A stretch of 64,000 nucleotides of DNA, from contig JAAPAO010000070.1 in the NCBI GenBank assembly GCA_013115145.1, forward strand, positions 1 through 64,000. The letters are read 5' to 3'. The translations under genes were made by a program, and so were the position numbers. Source of the stretch: Perkinsus chesapeaki ATCC PRA-425 (Eukaryota; Protista; Perkinsozoa). Shown in pieces: positions 52,158 to 64,000 of the stretch (its first letter is position 1; every line of letters begins with the position of its first letter). The notes beneath the pieces are model-generated. The model was not told where the DNA came from, ran no database searches, and was given only the letters and a program-made list of their open reading frames with translations.

Positions 52158-53549
52158 ATGATAGACTGGGAGCTTATACGTTATGCCACTAATACTGATA
52201 ATAAACCTACACCTGGTTATGCCTTTAATGACCTTATAACTAATATTAGAGAGAATCCACAAGGTGTACCTGATGTTGCTGCATATCTAGCTGAATGTGT
52301 ATCTGGTGATCATGCACATGTTAAACTTAAAGCTTTATTATGTATGAAACACTTAGCTAATAGAGTACCACCATTTAGGATACAATTAAGATCATATGCT
52401 ACTATAATAGAGCAAGCTACACAATTTACAGGACCACCTAGTCCTACATATGGTGATGAACCATATAGATTAGTAAGGGATACAGCAACTGCTGTATGGG
52501 ATATTACATTTAATCATGTAATAATATATATTAATAATAATATTATAATTGTTATATAGGGTGATGATATTGATACTGCAACACAATCTTTACAAAAGAG
52601 GATACAAGGTTTTGGATCAGCACCTATACTTAATAATAATGCCCCAACAGTAGCCAGTACAGCTTTACATGGTGCTGCTGATTATGTTGGTGATGCTATA
52701 TATGTAATAATACAACGCTATCCTATGATTAGCTATATTGTTATTTAGGATGTTGTATTAGATTATCGTGAGAAAGGTGCTGTTGGTACTCTACGTGATG
52801 CTACATTAGATGCAGCTGATCTAGTAGCTGATGGTTTAGAGGCAGCTGCAACATGGATGAGGGATATGTTAGCTGGTAGTACTCCACCACCATCTACCAC
52901 TACTAGACCAGGTGGTGGGGCTAATATAACATTACCACCTAATCTGGCTATATGTGATAATCAACCAATAACATCAACTGGTGGATTTTTAGAACAATAT
53001 AGACAACAGAATGGTAGCCAATTTGCATCGGTATTAGAGCAACGGGCTAATAATGATGCTTCACCCTCGTCGTCGTCGTCCTCTTCATCATATAGTAATG
53101 GTTACCCTCGGGTTATAGGTCCTGGTATAGATATAATGGTTGATGGTAAAGGAGCTGCTACTGTAATATCTGTGGATAGGACATTAAACCCCCCTGTCAT
53201 AGTTGTACGGTTAGCTAGTGATGGTTCTAGGATAGTTGTTGATGAGGATAAATGCCATTTAGAGGATACTGGTGGTAACAGTCACCATACTGAGGATTTA
53301 TTAGATGTTGGCGGAGAGGATGGTATAGATATTGGTGATGGGTATAAAGCAGTACCTATGGTAGGGTCAACACCTGCTAGTAAGATAGCTAATGATGATA
53401 ATAGTGATAATGAGGTCAATACACCACCTCCCCCTCCACCACCACCATCTGCTGGTAATGATGATTTACTTGGATTACAGGATACACCTGAACTATTTCA
53501 AGACCCTGGTCTAGCTAAATCACTTAAGAAGGCTGAAGCTAATATTTAA
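52158..53549 (+). CDS. TEPSIN: Tepsin-like ENTH/VHS-domain protein (AP-4 accessory)
   Basis: YATNTDNKPTPGY...HVKLKALLCMKHL...FTGPPSPTYGDEPYRLVR matches the tepsin ENTH domain, followed by a low-complexity C-terminus. Confidence 0.8.
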
Positions 53550-53660
53550 TTGTAATCCTTTACTAGTAATATACGGCATAATACGTTTCTCTCCTCTCTA
53601 TTATCCATTTTGTTATTAATCATTTCTATCACTAGGCGCCCTTTACCTTTTTGTGTGTCA

Positions 53661-54061
53661 ATGTCTGGAGCAGCTGTATTCAAGCGTCTGCCTTTAGCAG
53701 CTAAGGGTGTACAGGTGTATCAGGTAGTAGTCTATTATTAATATATAATACTATTATTAATATCCCTTTGTAGGTATCTAAGGCTACATATCGTGCCGGG
53801 GCTGCATTAGGTATGGATTTATCTGTAACTAAGAAACCATTAAATCAAGCATTAGATGCTGCTATACATAAACCACAATTTTTGGAGGTTGATACGTTAA
53901 AAGGTTATAAAGGGTTAATGAGGGTTAAGGATGAGGTTGGTATAATAGTAATATTAGGTATACCTGTTAATACATCATTAAACCAGACTACATTGGTCGA
54001 TCCTTACCTTTCACGGTATATAGCTGATTTAAATGATGTATACTTCATCAGAAACCAGTGA
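53661..54061 (+). CDS. Small hypothetical protein (about 117 aa), two exons
   Basis: ATG at 53661. The GT-AG intron 53724-53773 joins in frame to ORF 53813-54061. The N-terminus is basic and lacks acidic residues. Confidence 0.55.
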
Positions 54062-54210
54062 TTAGGCAGCAGTATCAGTATCCACATTATGAGGGTTATG
54101 TTTCGTATTAGATGATGATGATAGTTACTACAACCATAATACTTTATTATTGTGTTTATAGTCAGTAAGAGTGTACAAATGATGACAGTTGGTTGTGGGG
54201 GGTAGTAGTA

Positions 54211-57200
54211 ATGCCACCAGGTGGTGGTGTAAAGGAGACTAACCCTTTACTTAAAGATCTACCTAAAGATACTGCTAAAAATTGGGAAATTGATATAGTA
54301 ATGTCATCATATATAATTAATATATAGACAAGTGGTATCATTATAGGTGGAATGTTTAGAGAAACTTAAGGTAGACCTATTCGAAGATGATGATGATGAC
54401 GAGGAAGGTAGTAGTAGTAATGAGGGGTAGAATAATAGGTTATGTATATATTAGGAGGAGATCATCCTATTAACTTTGCCCAAGCTGCTATTGGTTTATA
54501 TCATAGCGCTACTGTATATGCTAGAAAGGTAATAATAACAAGGTCAATGTAGTTATTAGTAATATATCAGATTGATAGCCTGTATTTGAAGATGTATGAG
54601 ACTATGGAGTTATTAGGTAGAGGTGTTGGTGAAAAAGAGAGAAGGAAGAATGCAAGGGAGGCTAAGAAACTTAGTAGGAGGTTTAATAAGGGGATATATA
54701 CATAAGGGTTGTTGTTGTATAGGGAAGAAACTGGGGATATTTGATGATGGTGATGGTTGTGAATTATTGGATAATAAAATTGTAAGAGCACCAGATAGTC
54801 AATTAAATATGTTAAAGGGAGGAGGACAAAAGGGTATGAATACTAATCATAGCTTTGTACATAGAGTACCACTATTCTTGGTAAGATAAAGGGGGCTTAT
54901 AAGGGGTAATGTATACTGAGTATAGGTACCAAGGGAAGAAGGGGATCGTAAGAGACCAGAGTATAAGGTTAGTGGATGTATGATGTTATTGTGATGGTGT
55001 TAGTTATATAATGTATTATTATAGGTACCGTAAACCCTTATAATATGGCAGTGTTATTACCTGATCTAGAAGGGAAATGTTCAACTAATATGGAGGAGGA
55101 TATTATACTTAGGAAGCATTCTGGTAATCATTATTTACTTTAATATCTCCCTCTTACTTGAGCTATTAGGTAATGATGGTACAGCAGCAGATGTAGCACC
55201 ATTACCTCCACCACCAACACAGACCCTTGTAGAGGCACCAGGCATGCCATCTATAGATGATGAAGGAGAAGGAGAAGAAGAGGCTAATGCATCAGCAGCA
55301 GCAGCATTGAATGATTATCCACCACATGATGTAGGGGATAGACACTAGGCTGTTGTTGTTGATATTAATACAGGATGGTGATGATGGTGTATCACTACCT
55401 GACCAACATGATGATGACTATAATAATGATAGTGGTATAGGAGCTGAACCTGCACCAGTCACAGGAGAGGAAAACGAGGGGGAAGCTATACATGATGCTG
55501 TGCTGGATGGTATGTAGTGAGCATATAACAGGTATATTATATGCTCCACTTATCATCATCATCAGCATCATCAACTAACTCCCTACCTAATGGTGACCTT
55601 CAACCAGTTAATGAAAGTAATGCTATTGATGTATATGAGGGAGAGGAAGACGATGATGAAGATGATGAAGAAGAAGAGGTAGTGTCATTAAAGGGTGTCC
55701 CATAACATTATTATTCACAGTCTTTTATTGATCTTCTTCTGTTAGGGTATATGGACATTATTAGATCCCTATGTCAACCCAGGCAAGAAACCACATAAGT
55801 GGGTTATGGGGTCATAACGTATATAGTCACCATTGTCTACAGGCCTATGAAGATTGGTATAGTTGGTAAGCCTATAACGGTTAAAGTACAGAATGCAGCT
55901 AGTATTAAATTATCTAATGGGAGTAAGGCGAAAGGGTACTGATAAGGTGATGATGATGGGTATTATTAGGGAGGGCTGCTATGAACTTGGATATAGCAGA
56001 GGATTCTATATTACCTAATACTAGTGATAGACCAGCATTAGTATGGCAGACTATGGGGGAGTATCCGGAGGCAGCTAGTATAGAGAATAAACTGGCATTG
56101 CAGGTAATACAGGGAAGATAAGCTATAATGCCATGATGGGGGGTATAGGTATCAAATAATCGTAAAGAATCAAGAAAGGTAGTTAGACAAAGGAATGAGA
56201 GGGCATCAATGGAGCGGATGAAGGCACTACAACAGTTAAGGGCAACAAGGAATGTAGGGGGGGATAGTATAGGGAAGAGATGGTATAGAGAGTGGATAGG
56301 TGGTAACTGAGGCTGAGAGGAGGGAAGAGAAACCACAACATGGTATAGATGAAGGAGGGGAATCATCTGGTAGGACTAACAAGTTTATTTTTATATTACA
56401 AGGATTATTAGATTCTGAGGATGATGATAATAATAATGATAATAGGCGTAGTATAGCAGCATCAATTAGATCAGTAGGTATACTATATCATAGAGATAGG
56501 GTTATGGTATTATTATTAGCAGCCTGGTATAATGAATAGCCCTCCACATATTGATGATGGACCATCAAGATTGTCAATAAGTAGCAGTAATGAATATTCA
56601 GCTATGTTACCAGTTAGAAGGGATGTTGGACCTACCAGTGGATTCAGTAATACGAACACACATTATTAACACATACCATACACTAAGGTACAACAGCAGC
56701 AGGAGGAGCTAGCTCGGATATAGCTAAGGAAGCACAGTTTAGGGAGTTCTTTAAAAGACAAGAGGAATATGATAAAGTGGGGTGGCAGTGGGTTTAGCAG
56801 TGGGGTTAGCAGTGGATTAGTAATATCAATTATTATATGTAGATTATACAGAAGTATCTGCTAAAAGAGTTTCAATCAGGCAATGAACCAGAGTCATTCA
56901 ACAGTCCTGGTGAAGCGTAACCATCTATTATTGATAACAGCAATAACGATTTTAAGAGGGTGTATTCAGACGTACTGGTATTGATCTACTCAATCGTGAT
57001 TTAGAGCGTAATGCACAGAATATATATGCTAAGGTCCGTAAATGGCAGGATCAGGTAGGGAGTGGTAGGATGGTAGTGGTTGAATGGTTATAGGGTTATG
57101 ATATTAATAGGTTGAACCATTACTAGAGGAACAGGATAATAGACCACCATTTACATTAGAATCTTATACTAAGTAATAATATATTAGTATTAATAGATAT

Positions 57201-57929
57201 TATTATAATAGGAATGTTATAGAGAAGGTTAAAACATCTAATGAGAGAATAGCTGGAACACAGGTAGTATAGTATTATACAAGGTGATAGTAGTATTAGG
57301 AACAAGTAGCAGGCATCAAGAATACGAGGACCAGAGGGGGGTTATGGGGATGATGATATGGATGATGATGACGAGGAGGAGGAGGACTCACCACCACCAA
57401 CAACATTAGATGATATATTACAAGGGGAGCCTGCATGGAATGTTGGAAGGTATACAGACAGGGGAGTGGTGGTAGATGGTGGTGGTCATTGCTGTTGTTG
57501 TTATGAAAGGTTATTCCTATCAGCATTAATATTAACTAATAATGGTAATATGGATATATTTGATTCAGGGAATAGTGTAAGTATATATGAACACTATTAA
57601 GCTACTTGTTATTAGCAGCCTGGATCGACTGGTGCTGATGATGATACTCATGGTGCTGATGATGGTACTGTAGTACCTACAGCCGATGATATTAATATGA
57701 GTCCAGGCTCAAGTGGCGATGATGGTGTGAAAAGGAAGGAAGGGAGAAAGAAGAAGTATGTCATTATTAATATTACTAATGCTGTTATTATTATTATTAT
57801 AGATACGGTATTAGACTATTAGATGCTGATAAATGTGTTAATTATGATGTTGAAGAGGGAGATGATATTGACGTGGGTGATAATAATATAGCATCCAGAA
57901 GAGGGAAGAAGAAGCCACGACGTAAATGA
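54211..57929 (+). CDS. NCAPH2: Condensin II kleisin subunit CAP-H2, multi-exon
   Basis: N-terminal LLKDLPKDTAKNWEIDI and INFAQAAIGLYHSATVYARKVDSLY. C-terminal KVRKWQDQ|VEPLLEEQDNRPPFTLESY and RLFLSALILTNNGNMDI. Confidence 0.85.
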
Positions 57930-58317
57930 ATTCAATCAACTAGTCCATAAACAATGTCTTATGCATTCTTAATTATTTTAATATTTCCTTTCTTCAACTA
58001 TTGTGTTAGTATTAATATGCATTTCATCATTATATGCTCATCAGTACTGGCACGTGGTATTCTCGCTCGCCCACTGTACCACCAATTGGCGTGCTGATGT
58101 GACAATTAAAAAGTGCAAAACATGCATCTCTTCGCTTCGCCTTTCATCTTTAGTTCAAGGAAGCCCTCTGATGTTGCGTTGTTGGTATTATTGTACTACA
58201 TATATTATATTTTGCTCTTGTAAAGCTTAGTAGGTAGCCATACACTATATGAATATCCTGTTATTTCTTTTAATATGTTAGGGATTACCACCGTTTTACA
58301 CCCCACCTCAGTAGTTA

Positions 58318-58979
58318 ATGATACCACCTATTATAAATCGGAGAGTGGGTCTGTTATCGTCATCATGGTCATATGGTCGTAGATTATTTGCTACAGTAGT
58401 TACACCAGCTAATGAGATAGATAAAGGGTCTATTATTAAACAAAAATGGAAAGAAGATGGTCCTTCTGAATATTGGGAAATTAATAATGTTAGACAAGTT
58501 AAACAAGGTAGACAAGCTGCTCATGTTTCGGTAATAATAATACTTGCTATATGTATTATATATGCTCTTTATTAGCTTGAATACACCAATTTAACATCAA
58601 ATAAGCCAGAGAGATGGAAGGGTAGTACTACTGCTAAGTTTAATGGTAAGTAGTGATATTAGTAAAAAGCTGCAATAGTAGTAGTCAATGTTGTTGTTGT
58701 TGATAGTTGTCAAAGTAGAGAAACAAGCATGTCAAATATTATACTGGGATAATGATGAAAAAGTATTCTATGTACAAGATGATGAATTTAATCAGCAAGA
58801 GTTACCACAAAGATATGTTAAAGATGCTAGCAAGTTTTTAAAGAGTAATAATAATAGTAACTATATACGGTATAATAGTGGTTATTATTATAGATGGTGA
58901 TCAAGTTACATTATGGTTAGATGATGATGAGATAGTTAAGGTTAGTATACCAACGGCTATATTAGATGCTAATAGATAA
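58318..58979 (+). CDS. efp: Bacterial-type elongation factor P with a mitochondrial-like presequence; domains I and II only; 4 exons
   Basis: The spliced product reads ANEIDKGSIIK...VRQVKQGRQAAHVS|LEYTNLTSNK...KVEKQACQILYWD...FNQQELPQRYVKDASKFLK|NGDQVTLWLDDDEIVKVSIPTAILDANR-stop. Introns are at 58531-58575, 58646-58706 and about 58845-58893. Confidence 0.8.
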
Positions 58980-59106
58980 CCACATGATAATGCATTAAGC
59001 AAACAACAGTATTGATGAATATGTTTCGGTATATAATATTATTATCATGTTGTGGGTTGTATAGTATATTAATTACATTCATCGATAGTCTAATCACTGG
59101 TTTATT

Positions 59107-61857
59107 ATGTCACTTCAGAGCTTTACCCCAACTAGTGAGATAGAGAATAAAGCAGCATCAATAGTAAAGAGTATACTATCTACTAGTGCAACAGTTACTT
59201 CAGCGAACTTTATTAAATCATCTAAAGCAGCCCGTGTCATATTCACTCGCCCTGATATTGAAGAGTTTGAACCTAGGAAACTATGCCGTCATGTGGTATT
59301 TAATAATAATAATAACGTATTTAGCTTACCTGATGTCCCTTTGGATGAAAGGGTGAAGGCATGGACTGTTAATAATGATGATAAGTGTAGTGAAGCTAGA
59401 GTTGTTGTTACCACTACAGTGGCTGATACTAATAGTGGTGGGGCAGCAGCATCAGCAGGGGGATCAATGTATTTGGAGGTGTATAAGGATGGTTATGAGA
59501 TGGTTAGAAGGCAGTTACCTAAAGATATACAAGAGGTTAGAAATGGTGGACCATTTGGTGAATTACAGATGTATAATGATGAATATGTTATTATACCAGC
59601 TGAGAGAAGGTTACCTAAATATCCAAAGACATGGTGGAGTACAGAAATAAAGGATAATAATAATGGTAAATAGGTATGCTAAGGTATTGTATGGATATTA
59701 ATAAGTGTTAGATAAGGCAGCAGCAGTTATAACACCTATGGATAAGTTTAGATATAAAGCTAATTTTGGTGAGGAGTTAACTGATGTTAAAGAGCCATGT
59801 GTTTATATATATTGTATAAATGATGATAAGTATATTGATATAACTGAGAGTATTGGTAAAGAGTTTATGAAGGATAAGACAATAGGGTAGTAATAATGTT
59901 GGTAATATAATAATTAATACACGTTCCTTACCATTACCGTAGATATACTACATTCAGTAGAAATGGTAAAGGACTATTCCTTACAATATATCATAATGGA
60001 CCAACACCATTAGCTAGAGAGGGTATATCGGTATGCTTTAATAGGCCTAGTAGTATTTATTATATACCGGATTTTACTACCGCTAATACTATAGTACCTA
60101 GTTTAATAACAAAAGGCCTTTATATGGCTATAGGGCCTAACCCATCAGATGATGGTAATGTTGTTGTTAAGGGTAGGGTGCATTATCATATACTACTGAT
60201 CATGTTAGGTGAACGTATGGTATTTGTTGGTAAAAGGGAAGTATTTAATACTCATATAACAGCAATGGAACTATATGTAGTTGATACTAATAGTATGACA
60301 TATAAAGAGATACCAATACATGGTGATGATAAGTGGAAAGGTTGGTATTAATACGGATATGGTAATAATTATTAATATGTAATTTAGGTTTATATCTTCA
60401 TTTACATGAGGAAAGTCGATCCTTAGTACGGTGGGTGCCACATCCTTCTGGTAACCATGAGGTTATATTAATAACACAGAGTAAGGGGGTATATAGGACA
60501 TATACCATCAATGTTGATAATGGTAATATTATTAATCATATATGGTAATAATAATCACTATTACACCGATACGTAGATGCCTCCCCTACAGGCCGGGTAA
60601 TGGATCATCATCATCAGAGTTATCTGATGGTCTATCTGGTTCATGTACCCTATTGGATGTTGGTTATAATAATAATACCCCATATGCATTAGTTATGACA
60701 CAAAGCTTTGTTAATAGACCAACAATATCATTAGTGAAGATATCTGATCCTAAATCATATAGTATAAATGTTATGACAACATCACCACCAGTTGAATGGA
60801 ATGTAATAACTACCTTTACTACTTCACTCTTATCGATGTGTAGGGTGGATCAATACCAAGTATATCACTAGTAAAAGGGGAGTATTGTACAGGATGGTTA
60901 GTGGTACCTGACCAATGGAATCAACAATTAGTATCTAGACTACATGGTGGACCACATAGTTTTAGTGCTAATGCATTTATTGGTGAAGTAGCATACTTAC
61001 TACAAGCAGGCTTTGCTGTGGTATTACCTAACTATCGGTAGTAATATAGTAAATTGATATTAATGTATATTAATATTAGGGGATCAACATCCTTTGGTTT
61101 AGAGTTCTTAGATGCATTACCAGGACATGCTGGTACTATGGATGTATATGATTGTAATGATATAGTTACACATGCAGTAGAGGATCTATATAACCTTACT
61201 GGTAATTATAATATCAAGATAATGGGTTAATGGTATTATTAGGTAAGAAGGTTAATGGTATTAGTGTATTTGGTGGGTCACATGGTGGATTCCTTTGCGG
61301 TCATCTCATGGGTGCATCTGATCCTACTATACGTCATAGGTAGGGTATGATCATATCATGAGTTAGCCAGACCATGTTTAGATATCAATGTGGTATATTA
61401 TGGAATCCAGCGGTTGATCTATTATCACAATGCCTTACTACTGATATACCAGAATGGTGCTTTGTAGAGGCATTCCCACCTACTACTACTACTAAGCCAT
61501 CATCGCCTACTTTTACTTATCAATCATTGACTATGGATGAGATACAGAGAATGCGTGATGTATCAGCTACTAGATTGACTAATAATGTTGATAAACCAGT
61601 ACTTGTTCTACTAGGGGAGAGTGATCAAAGAGTGCCTCATATGGGTGGGTTAAGGTAAGACAATGAAGTGTGAGAATATTGTGACGTAATATTGGCTTAT
61701 TAGATGGGCTCAAGCAGTATCTGTTAATGGTAAATGCCCTAGTGTTGATGTTTATATGTATCCAGGTCAAGGTCATGCTATAGATAAACCAGAGTGTAAT
61801 ACTAATACATCAGTATTAATACTATCATATATTATGGCACATCATCAACCCATATAA
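59107..61857 (+). CDS. APEH: Acylaminoacyl-peptide hydrolase (S9C serine peptidase), multi-exon
   Basis: LHGGPH, NYR|GSTSFG, catalytic FGGSHGGFL (Ser), LGESDQRVP (Asp) and YPGQGHAI (His). Confidence 0.9.
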
Positions 61858-61976
61858 CTATTGCTTGCCAAAAAAGGCTTATCATTATAATAATGTCGTC
61901 GTTGTATTATCATTATCAGTCTAGTTCCCTTAGCTGACCACCGTCTTGTTATATTTGAACCACCACCCAATTCAAT

Positions 61977-64000
61977 ATGTCTCATCGTGATCGTTTCTTC
62001 CCTACTGATGAGGAGCCATTAAATGATAGTGATGATGATGCAGGCAGCGAGGCTTTAGAGGATGATAGGGTATACATGCACATAGTAGGGTTAATATAAG
62101 GATGAGGTGGTGGTGTTTATAGGTAAGTGATGGTGTTGATGATGTTATTGATGATGAAGAGGAAGGTGAAGGTGAGGATCTTATGGATAAGTAATATAAT
62201 ATATTTATTAACAATATTATATTATATTTATTAGTATGGAAGCTGATTATCGTCCCATACCTGAATTGGATGAATATGATCCAAGGATGTTAGATGAGAA
62301 TGAGTATGGTAATGATATGAATGCTAGATTACGTGCAGAGAGGGAATTACGTGAAAGGGATAGAGGTGAAGGTAATAATAACAACAATACCCAATATATA
62401 GATAGTAGTATGGTGCTCGTGCTCGTGCTCGTGGTGGTTATGTAGGACGTAGATTACCTGGTGCAGTATTTGGTGAGGATAGTTCTGATAGTGAGGGAGA
62501 GGATGATCGTATGGGGGCATATGAAAGGAAAAGGCGTAGATTAGAGAGATTAAGAAGAGCAGCTCAAGCTGAGGTAATACTTATAGAAGGATAATAGGAT
62601 TATGATGATATAATGATAGGATGATGATGCTGCTATGGATGATGAGTTTGATGCTGATTTAATTGATCTTAATAATGAGGAAGTTGGGCCTGATACCGAT
62701 CTATCACCGTAATAATCACCACTGCAACTGTCAATAGTCTTATGGCAATGGCAGGGACTCACGTTTGGGTAAGAAGATAATTGCCAACTTTACTAAATTC
62801 CTACAGACATTTGTTGATCCCAATGAGGATGCTACTGAGGCATATTATTCAGAGAAGGTAATAGATAGGTACTAGTAGTAGTAGTAATAATAGGGGTTTA
62901 TTAGATACATCAAATGTGTGCTGAGGGTAAAACATCATTTACAGTATCATTCCATCCACACCTTGCTGATTGGTCGCCATTTATGGCACAATGGTTATGT
63001 GATAGACCGCATCATATATTAAATCTATTACATCAGGCAGCTACGGAATATACTAAGAAAAAATATAAAGAATTGTAATAGAAATGGCCACCATACAACT
63101 ACACGGTTAATACGTTATTTAGGTTTGCTAATGATCGTCATAGAGAGATTAATGTTCGTATAGTAAGCTTTCCAGTTATTGATCTTATAAGGAATCTAAG
63201 GGCATTCCATATTAATAAACTAGTCAATGTTGTTGGTAATAATAATGACACAGTAAGGATACTGTAAAGTGTCCTACTTGTTATTAGGTGTTGTAACGAG
63301 ACGATCAGTTCTACTACCTAAATTAAGAGTACTATATCTTACTTGTATGAATTGTCAATTCCTTTGTGGACCATTTGATCTATCTGCTAGCGAGGAGAGT
63401 ATTATTATAATATCCTAATATCCTTCCTATTAATACCTTTAGGTGGTACTGCCTTTAGACCTGGTCATTGCCCGGAATGTCAGGGTACAGGACCATATGC
63501 AGTTAATCGTGAGGAGACTGTATATAAGAATCATCAAGTAATTATATATATCTTACTATAGTGCTAATAACAAGTTGTTGTTTTTATATTAGGTTATAAC
63601 ATTACAAGAGTCGCCTGGTTCAGTATTACCTGGTCGTATGCCACGTAGTGTTGAAGTTATCTTAAGTGGTGATCTAGTTGATAGCGTTAGACCTGGTGAT
63701 CAATGCTCTATTGTTGGTACTTATCATGCTAGGTATACATGCTAGTAAATACATGTATATTATAATTGTTGTTATTATTAATTAGATATGATAGTGCTGG
63801 TAATGTAAGAGCTGGATTCCCTGTATTTAAATGTGCTATTGATGCAAACTCTATTATAAGACAGAATGAGATGAAGATAGAAAGTGTTAGAGATGAGGAT
63901 AAACGAGAGTATTAAACTGGAAGATACTACTAATACTAGTACACTTATTAATTATTAGGATATTTGCCTTATCCAAGGATCCTCATATTAGAGAGCGTAT
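61977..64000 (+). CDS. MCM2: DNA replication licensing factor MCM2, 5' part, running off the window
   Basis: EGEDLMD|..[24 protein letters not shown], zinc-finger exons, [35 protein letters not shown] and AGFPVFK. Confidence 0.93.

Noticed and set aside
57706-61714. GGCTCAAG at 57706 and 61707 as spliced-leader relics
   Set aside because: The upstream ACCGTAGCCAT part of the dinoflagellate/Perkinsus leader is missing, and both sites lie within genes.
1-64000. CRISPR array, rRNA gene or intact transposase/RT gene
   Set aside because: No regularly spaced repeats, rRNA-like conserved segments, or DDE/YxDD-containing ORFs were found by eye.

Overview
This is eukaryotic, gene-dense, intron-rich DNA with short (about 40-65 nt) GT-AG introns and low-complexity trinucleotide tracts. 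The style and gene content best fit an alveolate such as Perkinsus, which is an inference and not proven here. Genes lie in unidirectional blocks. Minus strand: membrane-type cyclic-nucleotide phosphodiesterase (741-4565). Plus strand: anoctamin, fatty-acid desaturase 1, rhodanese/pseudo-DSP, mitochondrial carrier, an unresolved island and desaturase 2 (4844-18055). Minus strand: coiled-coil protein, Air-like zinc knuckle protein and P4-ATPase (18472-31419). Next come cornichon and a second compositionally distinct island with an orphan secreted ORF. Minus strand: SPX protein and cytoplasmic dynein heavy chain (35434-52120). Plus strand: tepsin, a hypothetical gene, condensin II CAP-H2, mitochondrial-type EF-P, acylaminoacyl peptidase and MCM2, which runs off the window. 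No CRISPR, rRNA, intact tRNA or intact transposon is supported. The best leads are a two-domain mitochondrial EF-P lacking domain III, a cytoplasmic dynein that stops right after AAA6 (yeast-like, no C-terminal cap) and has little room for an N-terminal dimerization domain, a 341-bp conversion tract including two introns between the desaturase paralogs, and two palindrome-rich non-coding islands. Gene boundaries were spliced by eye and are approximate where stated.
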